Shown here: positions 23,401 through 37,870 of the stretch, one piece after another
How the letters are laid out: each line of letters opens with the position of its first letter
Numbering within the stretch: position 1 is the stretch's first letter
NCBI RefSeq assembly: GCF_000143415.4
Contig: NW_003314330.1
Span: forward strand, 124,001-188,000
Direction of reading: 5' to 3'
Length of the DNA stretch: 64,000 bases
From: Selaginella moellendorffii
Lineage: Eukaryota > Plantae > Lycopodiophyta
Program-made: the position numbers and the translations under genes
The notes under the pieces: generated by a model
Database searches by the model: none
Told to the model about the DNA's origin: nothing
Seen by the model: only the letters and a program-made list of their open reading frames with translations

Positions 23401-26292
23401 CGTGGTGGATCTGGGCTTATTGGTCATCGCCTCTGATGTACGCACAAAACGCTATTGCCGTTAATGAGTTCACGGCCCCAAGATGGCGAGTGGTAAAATT
23501 TTCACCATTCTTTCTTTTTTTAATCTCTTACTCTATGAATTTCTACTGCAGCTTGCACCAAATTCCACCGAAAGTGTCGGTACAATTGTGCTCAAGGCTC
23601 GAGGGATTTTTCCAGATCCTTCTTGGTTTTGGATTGGAATTGGCGCCCTTGTCGGGTTTGCCATTTTCTTTAACATCTTTTTCACTATAGCGTTAACGGT
23701 TCTCAAGCGTAAGATTATCGTCCTTTACTTTCAAGTAGCTCAACTTTTGGTTTCACAGCTTTTGGAAAACCATCGGTGATTCTTTCTGAGGAAATATTGA
23801 ACGAGAAACACAAAACCAAGACCGGACAAGATGTAAACTCTAGCTCTCAGGAGGAGTCATTCCCGAGTTCTAGAAAATCATTTGGTTTTCCTTCAAATGG
23901 TATTGTTCTCAAATTGATTTCCATATTCAAAGTCTGCCATTATTTCCTCAGGGGACCCCGAATCTGGAGATGTAAAAACAGGCATGGTGCTACCTTTCCA
24001 GCCACTGTCCATAGCTTTCCACAAAGTCAGCTACTTTGTTGACATGCCTAAGGTCGGTTTTAGCTTCACGTTTAAAATCCTCACTGACAGGCTTGGTTTT
24101 GTAACTTCGCAGGAGATGAAAGCACAAGGAGAAACTCTGGACAGGCTTCAGCTTCTCAAGGAGGTGAGCGGGGCTTTCAGGCCTGGAGTTCTCACAGCAC
24201 TAGTTGGCGTAAGTGGAGCGGGGAAGACGACTCTAATGGATGTTCTTGCCGGTCGTAAGACTGGTGGCTACATCGAAGGCGAAATTAGCATCAATGGCTA
24301 TCCAAAAAAGCAAGACACTTTTGCTCGAATCTCCGGCTACTGCGAGCAGACTGATATTCATTCTCCAAATGTGACAGTTGAAGAATCTCTCATTTACTCG
24401 TCATGGTTGCGGCTTCCGAAAGAAGTTGACAAACAAACGAGACTGGTACGGTAATCCTTGCGAAACTTGTTAGCTCTCTCCTTGTTCTAAAAGCTTGCGT
24501 CTTCGATTTCGTTTTGTTGTAACAGATGTTTGTGAAGGAGGTGATGTCTCTTGTGGAACTCACGCCTCTCAGAAACGCTCTTGTTGGTCTCCCTGGAGTG
24601 AGTGGACTCTCGGTGGAGCAAAGGAAGAGGCTGACTATTGCCGTGGAGCTTGTTTCGAATCCTTCCATCATTTTTATGGACGAGCCAACTTCGGGACTTG
24701 ACGCTCGTGCGGCAGCCATTGTGATGAGAACTGTTCGTAACACTGTGGACACGGGAAGAACAGTGGTATGCACCATTCACCAGCCTAGCATCGACATATT
24801 TGAGTCTTTTGACGAGGTATATAAATATCATTCATCTCTGATATTGCGGGAGTTCATGGTTGGATTTCACAGCTATTATTGATGAAAGGAGGTGGTCAAG
24901 TGATCTATGCAGGACCTCTCGGTAGACACTCCCACCACCTTATAGAATTCTTCCAGGTACGTTAAAGAAATACTGGGTATCATATGTAATGATACATGTT
25001 TCGTGCTTTTCTCAGGCCGTGGAAGGTGTTCCACCTATTGAAGATGGAAGTAACCCAGCAACCTGGATGCTCGATGTCACTGCTGAGGAGGTCGAAGTCA
25101 GACTTGGAATCGATTTCGCAAAGTACTACGAACAATCTTCTCTGTACAAGTAAGTCACCACTTCTCTTGATATGGTTTTGATTCCAGCTTTATCACCAGG
25201 CAAAACGATGCTCTTGTGGAGAGACTGAGCAAGCCAATGCCAGACTCGAGCGACCTCCACTTTCCAACCAAATACTCTCAATCATTCTATATCCAATGCA
25301 AGGCTTGCTTCTGGAAGCAATATCGTTCTTATTGGAAGAATCCTCATTACAACGTGGTTCGCTACTTCTTCACTACAATATGCGCTCTACTGTTTGGAAC
25401 GATCTTCTGGCGAGAAGGGAAAAATATGTAAGGAGTTCTCTTTCACATTCCAAAGCTCACTAGAGTTCTTGTCTGATCAGACGAACAGAGCAAGAGCTGT
25501 TTAACGTGATGGGATCGATGTACGCTGCTTGCCTGTTTCTCGGAGTTAACAACTGCACCGCAGCTCAACCTGTTGTTGGTGTCGAGAGGACTGTATTCTA
25601 TCGAGAACGGGCAGCAGGGATGTATTCAGCAATTCCATACGCTTTAGCACAGGTTTGTCACACATATTCAAACTAAGCTCGTGGTTTATGCAAAGTTACC
25701 GCAGGTAGCAATCGAGCTTCCTTATGTCTTCATCCAAACTGCGATCTATCTGATCATAGTTTACTCCACAATCGCATACGAGTGGTCGCCAGATAAATTC
25801 TTTTGGTTCTTCTTCTTCATGTATTCCACATTCTTATACTTCACCTTCTATGGGATGATGGTGGTGTCTCTCACGCCGAACTATCAGCTGGCAGCAGTGG
25901 TTTCATCTGCATTCTTTGGTTTTTGGAATCTCTTCTCGGGGTTTTTGATCCCGCGTCCAGTAAGTTGGCTGATTGCCTCCTGCTATAATTGAGTTTTCAT
26001 CTCGTTTTTGTTGTTTGTGTAGAAAATCCCGATATGGTGGAGATGGTATTACTATGCTAACCCAGTTGCGTGGACGCTCAATGGTCTCATAACTTCACAA
26101 CTTGGGGACAGAGGAGAAGTGATGGATGTTCCTGGCAAAGGCCAACAAATTGTGCGAGATTACATCAAGCACAGATTTGGTTTCCATAAGGATAGATTGG
26201 GCGAAGTTGCTGCTGTCCATATACTGTTTGTATTGGTGTTAGCTCTTACTTTCGCCTTTAGCATCAAATATTTTAACTTCCAGAAGAGATAA
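20441..26292 (+). CDS. Full-size ABCG (PDR) transporter, about 24 exons
   Basis: [76 protein letters not shown], ends FNFQKR*. Confidence 0.97.
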
Positions 26293-26684
26293 TTACCAAA
26301 ACTAAACCCAAAACTAAACTAAACTAAACCTTTTATACAGATAATGTTATAGCGTATCTTCTGTTGGAAGTTGGTTCTTCTTTGTTAGCTGGAATTTTTT
26401 TTCTAAAACACGACAAAACGAAATTAAGGAAACTGGTGTACAAAGGTACTGCCGAAAAGTAGTAGCCAGCCAAACTTCATAGCAGAGGTGATTGGTTCTT
26501 TCCTTCTGCTCAACTAGCAGAAACTAAAAAAAGTAAAATGAACGAAATATATTAAATTGTGTAGTATAAAATGTCATTTATTATAAATATTTAAAGTCAA
26601 GGTCTATGTCAATTTTATTTTTCCTGAAAAAAGAGAAAAAATATTATCTTAAACACTTCTTACAGTTAGTTGCAAAGGGTTGTT

Positions 26685-29600
26685 GGCTATAACGCCGTAT
26701 ATTAATATTAGCATAGTGGGATTTTGGTAGTTATTTCAATTCGGACTACTCACTAAGTTAGGGTTTTGGGTTAATTGATATGCACATTTTTTGTATTCCC
26801 TTTTGATATTTCATGCATTTACATTGGTGGAAGTGAGGAGCAATTTTGATTGTCTTTGAAGAATACTTAAATTTGGGAATTTGGTTTAGATCTAATTTTT
26901 ACATTGTTTAAATCTAGCTTTTTCTGTTTCCTTTCTTTTATGTTTTTGGGATTTTGGTTTAAATCTAGTTTTTGTATTGTCTAGATTTAGCTTTTTTCAT
27001 TTCTTTTCTTTTTGCTCTTTCTTTTTCATTTATCTTCATGGCAGAGTAGCAATTTCTTCCTCCTTTAACTTTAGAGCAGTAATTAGTGCAATTACTTGAT
27101 GCCATGTGATTGTAATTGAATAACTAAACTTAATTGATGGCAACATTTATAGCATGTGGTATAAATCTTTTTACTCTTGGTGCCAATCCTTGCATTTGGT
27201 TGGAATTCTTTCATGGGAATTTTAAGGATGATATGTACCATTAGTTCGAACATTTCACGGTGATTGCAACATATCATTTTTGGGATGATGTTTAATATTT
27301 GTGTGAGTTTCCTACGTGTCTTCAAGGGACAACGCTATAGTGGTATAATGGTTTGAATGCAGCCACTTATGGGGATTGGAATATTCTCTTGGACATTTTA
27401 AAATGCGCATTTGAACATGCCAATGATTGTGATTATGCCTTCCAACGATTGTATTGTCTTTGTCAAAGACCATATGAGTCGGTGATATAATTTGGCATTC
27501 GTTTCTGAAGTTTCTTGCTTCATGCGGAGCCAAATATGTTGGAGCAGATCAAACTGGTAATGTTGTGGCTAGAACTTCATTAATATCTTATATGACTTAT
27601 GCACACACTTGCTCTAGCCACCCTTAATGATGCCCTTTGTTTGGCACAATATTATGAAACATCACCTTTTCCACTTCTTGTTGCATGTCCTTTAGCTCCA
27701 CATTCTATGGGAGATGGTTCTGTTCCAATGGAGGTTGATGCTACTGCTACTTGAGTTCAAGGACAAGGGCAAAGACGTGGTTGTGGCCGTGATGTTTGCT
27801 GTTGGGCATATGATGAAGTTAATCACATTTATCAGTGTTATCAGTGTTTTCCGGATTTGTAGCCTCCATTTTCTAGGTGGAGACCTTGGCGTCAATAACA
27901 TCCTGTTGGTACTGCTATAGTGGAAGGTCTGGACACCAAGATGCATCCAAGAAATAAGGAGTCACATGAGTAATGGAGGGACTTTACGCGAATAAGTTAG
28001 TGACCTCTTCATCTTTCTTTCAAGAGTATCATCAAAGGGTTCACTCGGCACTAGTTCATCAAGTGTTTACTTTCTAAACTCATTTTTATAATAAAAGGTT
28101 TTCTATTATTGTCTCCGTATTGGTTGATATAGGTTTAAGTTTATATTCTATTGCTCGACATATTGCCACACATTGCCATCTACATTTGCATCATGTGGCA
28201 GAGCCAATTTTTATTCTTTATGGCAACAGTCATATATATACATGTGCACAGGATGAAACAAATCTAGTTGTGCATATAGGCGATCTTGAGCTTGAGTTGC
28301 AGTCATTGTAGGTGGTGCAGAGTCAAGCTTTTGACCTCATCCTTGGTATGGATTGGTTGCAGCGTACTTATGCCAAGTAAGACTTTGAGGCTTCTCCCCT
28401 TTGTCTTATACTTCCTTATATTTCATCTATTCCTCTCACTTTTATACTTCTTTGTCTTTTTACTTCTACCTTTGTTTTTATTACCTTTGTCTCCCCATTA
28501 CTTCCTCTTATGTTTCTATCTTGTTCTGCTCTTCCCTTTTCCGATCCCTCCAACGGTCTTTGTGTTGTAATAATTGACTGGCTCATGAAGGAGTATGTCG
28601 ATCTCTTTTAATTTGACCTATCGTTTAGGGCCAAGATTACCACACGTCATCTAATTCCAACTGGGGATGCTCGTTCAATCAAGGTTTTTGTTTGTCGTTG
28701 GTCAAACAAAGAGATCAATATTTTATGTGCAAACGTCAAGAAGATGTTAAAAAAGGGTGTTATTTGAAAGTCGCAGAGTCCTTGGGCATGTGAACCTCAT
28801 CTTATGACAAATCCTAATGGGAGTATTCATTTCTGCATCGACTATCATCTGTTAAACGAAGTGACAATCCTTGATGTTTACCCTCTTCCTCACACTTTTG
28901 ATATTTTGGATCGTTTGGGAAAAAGTTGTTGGTTCAGCAAGTTAGATCTTGTTTTTGGGTATTAACAAGTACTAATGACCAAAGAAGATATTCTTAAAAT
29001 TACTTTTTATACACTATTTGGTTTGTACAAGTTCTTGGTGATGCCATTTGGTTTGAGCAATGCTCCAACAACTTTCCAGCAGATGATGGACAATGTTTTT
29101 TGCGATATGCCGAAGGTGACGGTTAACTTTATTGATGATGTCTTGATCCACTTGGAGGGGACATAGGAGGAATAGTTGGAGTCAATTGCAATTTCCCATC
29201 CATTTAAGTTGGTAGTGTTTTATTTGATGGGACCTTTTCCATAATTGACTACTAGCAATGAGTATGTCATTATTGCTTATGACTACTTGATTCGCTAGGT
29301 GGAAGTTAGTGCTCTTACTAGCATATCTACAATTGCTGTTAGATACTTCCTCCTCAATCGAGTAGTGGTCCAACATTCCTATTTGGAGCAGATTCTTTTA
29401 AATAATGGTCCTACATTTATAATTGAGGCATTTCATGTTTTGATGTCTCGGTTAGGGATACACCACACTTTCATGAGTGCTTATCATTCATAGTCAAACG
29501 GTTTGGTGGAACGGCTCATTTGGACCTTCAAAGGGATGATTGTGAAGTATATGAACTTTTAACATTTGGATTGGGATGGTTATTTGCCGTCTCTTCGATA

Positions 29601-29730
29601 TGCATATGTCATAGGGGTGTAGAGTTTTGTTAATACTTTACCATATAAACTCTTATATGGTCATGATCCATTATTATCAACAGAGTTGGGTTTACTTTCA
29701 CGATTACCATGAGCTGCTAATGCTAGGTCG
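26685..29730 (+). mobile_element. Decayed Ty3/gypsy family A: short LTR, gag, protease, RT, integrase (RNase H deleted)
   Basis: LTR ends ...TTTACA then TTGGTGG at 26823; gag PMEVDA plus zinc-knuckle remnant; LVDIG protease; FCIDY, MPFGLSNAP, FIDDVLI; integrase NNGPTF, NGLVER. Confidence 0.85.
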
Positions 29731-30750
29731 TGCATGGAATATGGAAAGGGAATACAGAAAATGTGCATATCAATTAGCTCAAAAACCCTAGCTTATATGC
29801 ATGAGCAAGTGGTCCGAATTAAAACCAATCCGACGGCTACCAAAATCCCACTACGGTAATATTAGTATATGGCATCATAGCCGTACACTTGGCCCTCACA
29901 TCATCCCCTCCTCTCGGAATAATGGAAAACCATCATGGTTCTCTTGTAGACGGGCTGGGATCTGGAGGAACATTAGGAGGAGGTATCGGCGGATCCGTAG
30001 GTGGTATTAACTCCTCTTGATCCTTTTGTATAAAGTGTTTCAATTGCTTCACATGCACAATCTCTAGAGGATTGGACTACTAAATGTTATGCCGAACCTC
30101 ATAAACTTGTGGTCCAACTTGCCGTAACATGTGATACGGTCCTTTCCACTGCATAAGGAGCCCCTTAGATAAACCACATACTGTAAGAAGGGGAAAACGG
30201 ATTAATACCAAATCATCCACTTTGTACTCTGCAGGTGAACGATGATAGGAGTTGTAGCACTGTTGTTGTCCCACTTCTATGCGGCCTAAGTGTTTGGTAG
30301 ACTCTAGTGGAAGAATGCTCATCAAATACTGATCCCATGACTTAGCATCGGCAGCTTGTGGCAATCGCAAAGGTAAACCCAACTCCATTGGTAATATTGT
30401 ATCATGACCATATAGGAGTTTATATGGTGAAACACTAACAGAACTTTGCACCCTATGACATATGCATATCGAAGAAATGACAAATAACCATTTTAATCCG
30501 AATGTTGAAAGTTCACATACTTCACAATCATCCCTTTGAATGTTTAAACGAGCCGTCCCACCAGACCATCTGATTGTGGATGATAAACACTCATGAAAGT
30601 GTGGTGTATCCCCAATCGAGACATCAAAACATAAAATGTCTCAGCCATAAATGTAAAACCATTATCCAAAAGAATCCACTCCAGACAAGAATGTTGGAAC
30701 ACCACTTGATTGAGGAGGAAGTATCCAACAGCAATTGCAAAGGCACTAGT
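29731..30750 (-). mobile_element. Family A 3' end in reverse orientation (integrase C-terminus, PPT, about 170-bp LTR)
   Basis: SPYKLLYG, WKGPY..QVYEV; PPT AGAGGAGGGGATGA (29901-29914) followed by TGTGAGG LTR (29900 down to 29731). Confidence 0.85.
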
Positions 30751-30789
30751 GTGGGATTAGTATTTGACAAGCATTCTTCCACTTGTCTA

Positions 30790-31305
30790 AGTAAAGTCTG
30801 CCAACACCTAGGCTGCGTATAGGTGGGACAACAACAGTGCTACAACTCCCATCATCATCCATTTGCAAAGTACAAAATGGATGACTTGGTGTTAGTTTGT
30901 TTTCCCCATCTTACGGTATATGGTTTATCTAAAGGGTTCCTTGCTCAATGGAAAGGATTATATCGGGTGTTATGGCAAGTTAGACCGCAAGTTTATGAGG
31001 GTCAGCATGATGTCCAACAAGTTGATCCTCCAAAAATTATGCATGTACAACAATTGAAACACTTCATACAAAGAAATTAGGAACAACTAGTACCACCTAT
31101 AAATCCACCAATACCTCCTCCTAATGTTCCTCCAGATCCTGGCCCATCTCCGAAAGAACTCTGATGGTTTTCCATTATTCCAAGAAGAGGGGATGATATG
31201 AGGTCCAAATGTATGGCTACAATGCTATATACAAATATTAGTGTAATGGGATTTTGGTAGCCGTTGGATTGGTTTCAATCTAAACCATTCGTTCTTATAT
31301 ATATG
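30790..31305 (+). mobile_element. Family A 3' end (integrase tail, PPT, partial LTR)
   Basis: GQQQCYNS...QWKGLY...HFIQ; PPT AAGAAGAGGGGATGA then LTR from about 31197. Confidence 0.8.
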
Positions 31306-31439
31306 GACAGGATTATGGAGCGACTTGGAATAGCCCTAGAGCATGCAGTATCCCAATGCTAAGACTAACATGCAAAACGAAGCCAAATGGAGTTTGGCGC
31401 TATTTTAATATACTAGTGGCCTAATGTGAGAATATGGGG

Positions 31440-31890
31440 TATGGACTGTCCCTAGATTGTGAATTTAGACACAAGATGAACACCATTGTATTCAAAATGA
31501 TCTCTACTTTCTGTAAATATGCAAAATGAGCAAATTTAGATACTTTTCATAAATAGTATTTGGGACCGGAATAAGATTAACACAAAGGGTATGATAGCGA
31601 GGGTGTTTGGTAGACACGGTAAGCTATCATTTAGCAATATTAAGGGACTAGTCTCAATACACAAAGGTTTTTGCCAAGCCAGTGCAAGACAGAGAAAAAA
31701 AAAAAACTAACAAGCCGGGCCAAATATGCTTGGCTAAATAGACATTTAGGAATTCTATCCTTATGCTCAAGATGTTAAATCCAATTAACTAACACTTGGA
31801 TAAGAGGCGTTAATAAATAGAACCAACAATACCAACCTCTTGTCGTCGTGGTAGTGACTAATCGACAAATAACTTTCGATACCTACAATC
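31440..31890 (-). repeat. Partial or solo LTR of gypsy family B
   Basis: Colinear similarity to 36600-37065 (CCCTAGATT.TGAATTTAGACAC...GATTAACACAAAGGG...AACAAGCCGGGCCAAATA). Confidence 0.75.
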
Positions 31891-31899
31891 ACATTTATA

Positions 31900-33100
31900 A
31901 TAGGGGTAGTTTTGATTGTCCATAAGGAGTACTTGGACTTGTGCTTTTAGTTTAGATCTAGCTTTTGCATCATCTAAATCTCACTTTCCTTATAACTTTT
32001 TCAATTTCTTCTCTTTTGTTTTTTTCTTTTTTTTTTCATTCATCTTTTGACTTTGAAGAAATAGTGTAAGCTCCTGAATTTATACTTCCTAGGAAGTCAC
32101 CCAACCCAAAAGACATTTAATTCTAAGTATCCCAAGACCCTAATCAATTGGAAAAAGGGGTGCATTATTATTCATGGGCCCTTTCTTTTTATATTTGAAC
32201 TTTTATGGACCGTCTTTCAAGTTATTTTCTTTAGTTGCTTACAAATAGTTGATATAATTGATTGTAGTTAAATAATTAGACTCAATTGATTGCAACATTC
32301 ATGGTGTATGGTACAACTCCTTTTGCTCTTCTTGCCAATCCAAAATTCTTCTATGGGAATCCTAATGATGATGTGTACTATTGATTCTATCACTTTATAG
32401 TGATTATCACTTATCATCTTTGGGATGATGCTAAGCATTTATATATTTAAAAAGGACAGTATTGTAGTGGTATAATGGTTTGAGCATAACCACATGTGTA
32501 AATTGAAGCATTCTCCTAAACTTTTGCATATTTAAACATGCTAACAATTGTGATGATGCTTTCCAATAATTATATCATTTTTGTCAAGGGCTGTCTAAGT
32601 CAATGATGCAATTTGGCATTTGCTTTTGAAACCTCTTGCTTTGTATAAAGCCAAATATGTCAAAGCTCATTAAGTTAGGAATGTTGTGGCTAACACTTTA
32701 CAAAGATCTTGTGGGATTTATGCATACAGTTGTTTTAACCACCCTTCATAATGCTCTTCAATATTATGAAATATTGCTTCTTTCACTTTGTACTACATGT
32801 CCTTCAACTCCACTTCCTATGGGAGATGGTTTTGCTCTGATAGAGGTTGATGTTGCTACTATTTATATTCAAGGACAAAGGTGAGGATATGGTTATGGCT
32901 ATGATGTCTACTACTAAACGTGTGATGAGGTTGGCCACATGTATCAAAGTGTTATCAGCATTTTTTAGATTAGTATCATCTATTTTTTGGGTGGAAATCT
33001 TGCCATCAATGTCGTTTTGTTAGTGTTGCTATAGTGGAAGGCTTGAACACCGATATTGTTTTGGGAAACAAAGAGTTGCAAAAGTAGTGGAGTCGTTAAC
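31900..33100 (+). mobile_element. Second decayed copy of family A 5' UTR and gag
   Basis: Colinear with 26850-27960 (e.g. ATGGGAGATGGTT.TG...GAGGTTGATG...CAAGGACAA). Confidence 0.75.
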
Positions 33101-33144
33101 GTTATTTTTCATCTAATCTAAGGATTGTATAAAGCCTATATATG

Positions 33145-33510
33145 GCTTGTCTAGAGGTTTCAATGTCATCAACATAGTTTCTTTTCACTATCTCACTAGC
33201 TGCATGCATGCCTTTATCAAAACATGCATACAATATTCTTATCAAATGGTGCAATCCCACTAATTCTATACAAGTTGCTTCAAATCTACTAAAAAATTCT
33301 TTGTGTATACAATTTGAGTCAGACAACCCAACAAAAGTTGGATAGAAATTGTTAAGACAATTGCTCTAATATCAAATATAGTGCACCTGAATTTGGAGCT
33401 GAACTCCAAACCTATTGCACTACAAAACAAGGGTACCTCACTAACTAAAGCAGCATGGAGCTTGGGCTTAAACCCAAGCCAGACGTAAAACAAGGAGCGA
33501 CACAGCCTAG
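33145..33510 (-). repeat. Family B LTR end, PBS and leader fragment
   Basis: Matches 36225-36505; 33380-33505 is also present inverted at 37090-37320. Confidence 0.7.
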
Positions 33511-33699
33511 TGGGAGCTAAACTAATATCTCAAGTGGTCAAACATGCATTCTAACCACTATTCCCTACTATACATTTGAAACCCCCTCATACACCCCCTT
33601 CCCCCCCTACCCCTTGAGGAACACAAGCTTTGGGCTTTCACCCCAAGTCTCTCTTAGTATCAGGAGTTAGTCTACCCTAAACCATAGTCAAGATTTCTT

Positions 33700-36600
33700 T
33701 CAACTATACAAAAGCATATTGACAAGCTGGTTTCCAAAGTAATGATATATTACTTCTTGCTAATTCAGTCAACAAAAGAGCAATTCTTACAAAATTGTGG
33801 ACAAACTTGTGATAGTATCCCACTAAACCGAGAAAAAAATGAACATCTGATACAATGGTTAGGACTTCCCAAGACTTCACCACTTCCACCTTCTTTGGAT
33901 CCACCTCAATTACACCACCACCAACTATATGTCCAAGAAAATTCACGCGCAATTGTCCAAAAACGCACTTATTTTCCTTAGGATATAATTTGTGTTCATG
34001 CAACTTCTAAAACACCAGTTCCAAGTGTTTCAAATGATCCTCCAACGTTTCACTAAATACTAGAACATTGTCGATATATAGGACAACAAATGTGTCTAAA
34101 TAATCTCCAAATATTCTATCCATCATTGTGCTGAACGTTGCTAAAGCATTGTATAACCCAAATGGCATGACAAGGAACTCATAAGATCCATATTGAGTCT
34201 TAAGGTTGTCTTCTCCACATCCTAGTTTGCCACCTATATTTGATGATACTTGGACCGCAAATCAAGTCGCGTAAAATATTTAGCCTTTAAGTGTTGGTTA
34301 AACAAGTCATCAATGTGAGGTAAAGGATAATTATTTTTGACCATGATCTTGTTGAGTGCCCGATAGTCAATACACATCCTCATGGTTCCATCCTTTTTCA
34401 TAACAAAAAGGACCAACGCTCCATAAGGTGACTTGCTTGGTCAGATATAACTTTATCAAGAAGCTTCATAAGTTGCTTTTTGAGTTCAGCTATCTCTTTG
34501 ATGTTTAGACGATATAGAGCCTTTGTAGGTGGTGTAGAACCCAGAATGACCTCAATTTGATAATCAACATCACATGTAGGAGGTAGTCCTAGCGGCAAAT
34601 CCTTCGAAAAGATATCTTGATTCCTTGCCCAAAAGGTCTGACATCCCTTCTTAGTTGTTTTTTGAGTAACTCTCATAATTAAGAACTTAGCATCCCAATC
34701 CTTTGAGGAGCGCTTTTGCAACTAGAAGGACACATCAGGATGTCCTTATGACTTCAACATGATGCAGCTTTGTCCAGCACCATAAATCCCTTTAATATAT
34801 TTGTTGAATAAATCCATACCAAACACCATTTGAAAATCTAGTATCTTCAACACTACCAAGTCCACTCTTTCTTTCCACTTGGATATTACTCTAGTCAATC
34901 ATGGTGTCAATCATTACTCGGATCATCAAGTCAATCGTGTCAATTATTACTTAGATTCGGTGTTCGTAGACAAAGCCTACTAGATACATCAATAGATCAG
35001 TGTTTGCATTGATTGCAAAAAAAGCTTGAAGAAAGCAACGAAAGTAGCTCACCTCCTCTTCCTCATAGTCTACATTGACCAATTCATCAACCCCTTCAGC
35101 TTCACCACCACCTTCTTCTTTCATGACATTAACACAAGACTTTGTCTTATGCTTGTTGAGACATTCCGAGGACCTATGTCCTAACTTTCCACAATGGAAA
35201 CAATGACCCACACTACCCGTTCCACTATGGGTAGGTTTCACAAGTTTCTACTGCTTGTACCCACCAGGAGGAGGAACAAAAGGCCTAGGATCAGAAGAAG
35301 CTGCTAGTGGTCTCCAATCACCACCACCTTTGTTAACTGTTGCTTGTGAGCCTCCAAGGTGAAACTTTCCTTCCACCCTCTGTTTCCGATCACCTTATTT
35401 ATTCCCAGAATTCTTATTCTTGTTCGAACTACTAGCATACGGCTGCTGATATTATTCCATAAGTGAGCGACTAAAGGCAACTTGCTGCGCTACCTCCTTA
35501 CACTCTAGGTATGTCTTTAGCTTAAACTTCAAAATCTTATTGAGAGAAAGTGAGCTTAACCTTTAAGAAATAACTCAGAGCATCTTCATCACTCATACTT
35601 GCAATTATAATGCGCTTCTAAGCAAACACATTAACATAATGAATAAGGTTCCCTCGCTACTTTAACCACCACAACTCTACACGAAGTCTCAAACCAAGAT
35701 CATCCAGCAAGTATTCCTTACGGATACGAGACCACATCTTGGTCCAACTTCTAGTCTGCCCTTTTTCAATACACACCTAGCACCACCAAGTTTTGGCATG
35801 ATCGGTGAGAAAGGATTATGCACATGCAACTTTTGTACGATCATTTACATATACCGCTATGAAATAGTTTTCCATATTGTAAACCCAATCTTCCAAAACT
35901 TAATAGTCCCGCATGCCTCTAAAATCTAGTTTCAAAGGCTTAAACTTTGAAATTCGTGCAACTGGAGGCGGTTGCAAAACTTCATCTTCCTCATAATTTA
36001 AAGAGGAGTCCGGTTGCTTAGGTTTACTTGGTTTAGCTGCCTTGGCTTTTTTCTTCTTCTTCTTGTTCTTCTTCTTCAATTTGCGAACTTTCCTTCACAA
36101 ATTCTGAATCTTTACTTCTTGAGCCATACGTTGCAATGCTATAGCATTTGACTCTTCCTCTTCTGACTTAGCCTTAGTCTCTTTTGTAGCATCTCTAGTA
36201 AGAGCTTCCTCCTCTCAATTCACCTGTCTAGAGGTTTCAATGTCATCAATATGGTTCCTTTTCACCATCCCGCTAGTTGCATGCATGCCTCTATCAATAA
36301 TTAAACATATGTACAACATTCATATTGAATGGTGCAATCCATAATCCTACACAGGTCATTTCGGATCTACTAGAAAAGTCTTTGTGTATGCAACTTGAGT
36401 TAAGAAATCTGACAAAAGTTGGATAGGAATCACTGAGACAATTCTTTTGATACCAAATGTAACGCATTTGAATTTGGAGATGAACTCCAAGCCCGTTGCA
36501 CTATGAAATGAGAGTCAAGTACAATCCCACGAGCACCAGCTCTCTATATCCAGCATACCAGGAGTTAGTCTCTGGGACAAGCTCAAAACTTACTAAATAT

Positions 36601-37077
36601 GGAATATCCCTAGATTATGAATTTAGACACGGGACGAACACCATTGTGTTTAGGACAATCTTTACATTCCATAGATATATTAAATGAACAAATTTGGACA
36701 CTTTCCATAAATAGCATTTGGGACCGAAATGAGATTAACACAAAGGGCATGATAATAAGGGTGTTTAGCAGACACAGTAAACTATCATGTAGTGATATTG
36801 AGGGACTATTATCAATATGTGAGGGTTTTTGCCAAGTCAGTGCAAGACATAGAAAAAGAGAACTAACAAGCCGGGCCAAATAGATATTTAAGAATTCCAT
36901 CCTTATGCTCATCCATCCAAATACAAATGCTAAGTCCAATTTACTAACACTTGGACAAAAGGGGGTTATAAAGGGAACCAGTAGTACCAACTTCTTGCTC
37001 TTATGGCAGTAAGGAAAGAGTATCTGTAAAGAATGGCCGATAAGTACCTTTCTATACCTAAAGTCACATTCGTGACA
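33700..37077 (-). mobile_element. Decayed Ty3/gypsy family B: 5' LTR, PBS, gag, RT, 3' truncated
   Basis: LTR 36458-37077 (TGTCAC...GTTACA), then tRNA-Met-type PBS TGGTATCA; CFHCGKLGHRSSEC knuckle; [29 protein letters not shown]. Confidence 0.9.
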
Positions 37078-37589
37078 TTTAGCTTCTGCTGGGTTATGTC
37101 GCTCCTTGTTTTGCGTCCGACTTAGGTTTAAGCCCAAGCTCCACACTGCTGTAGTCGGTGAGGTACCCTCTTCTTCGCATTAGGCCATCGGTATGCCAAA
37201 ATTATGCTAGATATTTTTTAACACTATTTTGTGTGCAGGGGAGCTGGTGTTTGTGAGATTGTACTAGACCCTTGTTTCGTAGTGCAACAGGCTTAGAGTT
37301 TAGCTCTAAATTCAAGTGCGCTACACTAATAATTGCCATTTTGGCATTTATATTTCAATATTGCCTTGCGAACAACCTTTTTTATTTTATGAGGACAAAT
37401 TTTAATGATTATTTACTACTAATGGTGCTTTCGATCTTTATTCTATACTTTTCTATACTTACCATGATTCTTGTATTCTAGGCAGATATATAAAACATTA
37501 GTGTGTAATTGAGAAACTATTATATTGTTTGTTATGTGTGTAGCTGTGTTTAGTGCCAAGTTTATAATACTCCCTTTTGTATTGCAAAA

Positions 37590-37846
37590 GGACAATTGGA
37601 GTCAATAGCAATTTCCTATCTATTTGAATTAGTGACATTTGATCTCATAAGGCCTTTTCCATGCTTAATTGTTGGTAATGAGTATATCATTTTTTCTTCT
37701 GACTATTTAACTCACTTAATGGAAATCAATGTTGTTGCTAGTGCATCTATGACTACTATTAGATACTTCTTCCTTAATCGAGTGGTGTTCCAACATTTCT
37801 ATTTGAAACAAATTCTCTCAAATAATGGTCCTAAATTTATGCTCAA
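37590..37846 (+). mobile_element. Family A integrase, left part (interrupted by DNA transposon)
   Basis: QLESIAI...FDLIRPFP...SNNGPKF, colinear with 29175-29425. Confidence 0.85.
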
Positions 37847-37870
37847 AAGCTCTATTTCGTTAAAGTGGGA
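37847..37870 (+). repeat. Left TIR
   Basis: aagctctatttcgttaaagtggga. Confidence 0.95.
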
